From contig NEEC01000289.1 of NCBI GenBank assembly GCA_002189035.1, positions 1-21,570 on the forward strand: a stretch of DNA of 21,570 nucleotides, read 5' to 3'. Below are positions 20,101 to 21,570 of this stretch, piece by piece; the stretch's first letter is position 1, and every line of letters begins with the position of its first letter. Source of the DNA: Utricularia gibba. Taxonomy: Eukaryota > Plantae > Magnoliophyta. The notes under the pieces were generated by a model. That model saw only the letters and a list, made by a program, of their open reading frames with translations, made no database searches and had not been told where the DNA came from. Position numbers and translations under genes: made by a program.

Positions 20101-21570
20101 GTGCACCCCACATGATTTTTTCAACAACTTACTTTATACTTGAGGAGGCGGTCTTGGGTGCACCTAGAACGGGACAAAGGTCAGGTTTGGCTTGCGCGAG
20201 AGTTAGTTGTAGCTCGGAAAAAAGTGATGTATTTATTAACGTTCAGTTTTGGGGGCTGCCTACATGGTTTTTCAAGGAACAGCTTCTCGTTTTGTGGCGG
20301 CCAGTCTCGCTGGGAACTTGGTCCTTGACCCCGATTCTGTATGCTCATGAGGTCAACCGGATGCAAATCGATTAAAAAAATGATGCCTTTGTTTAAATTA
20401 CGATATCACGTGCACCCCACATGATTTTTCAACAACTTACTTTATACTTGAGGAGGCGGTCTTGGGGTGCACCTAGAACGGGACAAAGGTCAGGTTTGGC
20501 TTGCGCCGAGAGTTAGTTGTAGCTCGGAAAAAAGTGATGTATTTATTAACGTTCAGTTTTTGGGGGCTGCCTACATGGTTTTTCAAGGAACAGCTTCTCG
20601 TTTTGTGGCGGCCAGTCTCGCTGGGAACTTGGTCCTTGACCCCGATTCTGTATGCTCATGAGGTCAACCGGATGCAAATCGATTAAAAAAATGATGCCTT
20701 TTTAAATTACGATATCACGTGCACCCCACATGATTTTTTCAACAACTTACTTTATACTTGAGGAGGCGGTCTTGGGGTGCACCTAGAACGGACAAAGGTC
20801 AGGTTTGGCTTGCGCCGAGAGTTAGTTGTAGCTCGGAAAATAAAGTGATGTATTTATTAACGTTCAGTTTTTGGGGGCTGCCTACATGGTTTTTCAAGGA
20901 ACAGCTTCTCGTTTTGTGGCGGCCAGTCTCGCTGGGAACTTGGTCCTTGACCCCGATTATGTATTGCTCATGAGGTCAACCGGATGCAAATCGATTAAAA
21001 AAATGATGCCTTTGTTTAAATTACGATATCACGTGCACCCCACATGATTTTTTCAACAACTTACTTTATACTTGAGGAGGCGGTCTTGGGGTGCACCTAG
21101 AACGGGACAAAGGTCAGGTTTGGCTTGCGCCGAGAGTTAGTTGTAGCTCGGAAAATAAAGTGATGTATTATTAACGTTCAGTTTTGGGGGCTGCCTACAT
21201 GGTTTTTCAAGGAACAGCTTCTCGTTTTGTGGCGGCCAGTCTCGCTGGGAACTTGGTCCTTGACCCCGATTCTGTATGGCTCATGAGGTCAACCGGATGC
21301 AAATCGATTAAAGAAAATGATGCCTTTGTTTAAATTACGATATCACGTGCACCCCACATGATTTTTTCAACAACTTACTTTATACTTGAGGAGGCGGTCT
21401 TGGGTGCACCTAGAACGGGACAAAGGTCAGGTTTGGCTTGCGCCGAGAGTTAGTTGTAGCTCGGAAATTAAGTGATGTATTTATTAACGTTCAGTTTTGG
21501 GGCTGCCTACATGGTTTTTCAAGGAACAGCTTCTCGTTTTGTGGCGCCAGTCTCGCTGGGAACTTGGTCC

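Larger units (their letters stand above)
1..21570. repeat. Tandem array of about 70 direct copies of a ~314-bp unit (satellite-like DNA, or concatemer of a small circle)
   Basis: The same unit recurs from base 1 to the window end. Starts (GTTTAAATTACG) include 1, 315, 6816, 7129, 11425, 11738, 21014. Clean copies are 312-315 bp, all in one orientation, and the array runs off both window edges. Confidence 0.99.

Noticed and set aside
78-20973. All ORFs in the supplied track as protein-coding genes
   Set aside because: They are permutations of the same few frames, joined differently by homopolymer indels in each copy. I recognise no domain, and the longest cross garbled patches.
1-21570. Never-ending ORF as in DRT2 neo concatemeric cDNA, or rolling-circle translation
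   Set aside because: The consensus has at least three stop codons in each of the six frames (plus-strand stops at 4, 32, 60, 85, 125, 131, 143, 148, 160, 249, 272, 297, 305). No reverse transcriptase gene is in the window.
1-21570. CRISPR array
   Set aside because: There are no unique spacers; the entire 314 bp repeats.

Overview
The whole 21,570-nt window is one head-to-tail direct tandem array of about 70 copies (hand count) of a ~314-bp unit of ~45% GC. It has no unique flank and no inverted copies. Hand-built consensus: GTTTAAATTACGATATCACGTGCACCCCACATGATTTTTTCAACAACTTACTTTATACTTGAGGAGGCGGTCTTGGGGTGCACCTAGAACGGGACAAAGGTCAGGTTTGGCTTGCGCCGAGAGTTAGTTGTAGCTCGGAAAATAAAGTGATGTATTTATTAACGTTCAGTTTTGGGGGCTGCCTACATGGTTTTTCAAGGAACAGCTTCTCGTTTTGTGGCGGCCAGTCTCGCTGGGAACTTGGTCCTTGACCCCGATTCTGTATGGCTCATGAGGTCAACCGGATGCAAATCGATTAAAAAAATGATGCCTTT. 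I recognise no gene, RNA gene, CRISPR array or mobile element; the listed ORFs are the same few chance frames re-cut by indels. The main hidden structure is that each unit is a diverged dimer of two ~157-bp halves (A and B), a two-monomer higher-order repeat typical of eukaryotic satellite DNA. Most copy-to-copy differences are homopolymer indels that look like long-read (nanopore-type) error. Several garbled patches (about 9600-9800 and 11900-14160) switch register by roughly half a unit and include A/B hybrids. The sequence alone cannot decide between a native satellite array and a rolling-circle or assembly concatemer of a 314-bp circle. The dimer structure and variants shared by neighbouring copies favour a native satellite. 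The organism and repeat family are not identified.
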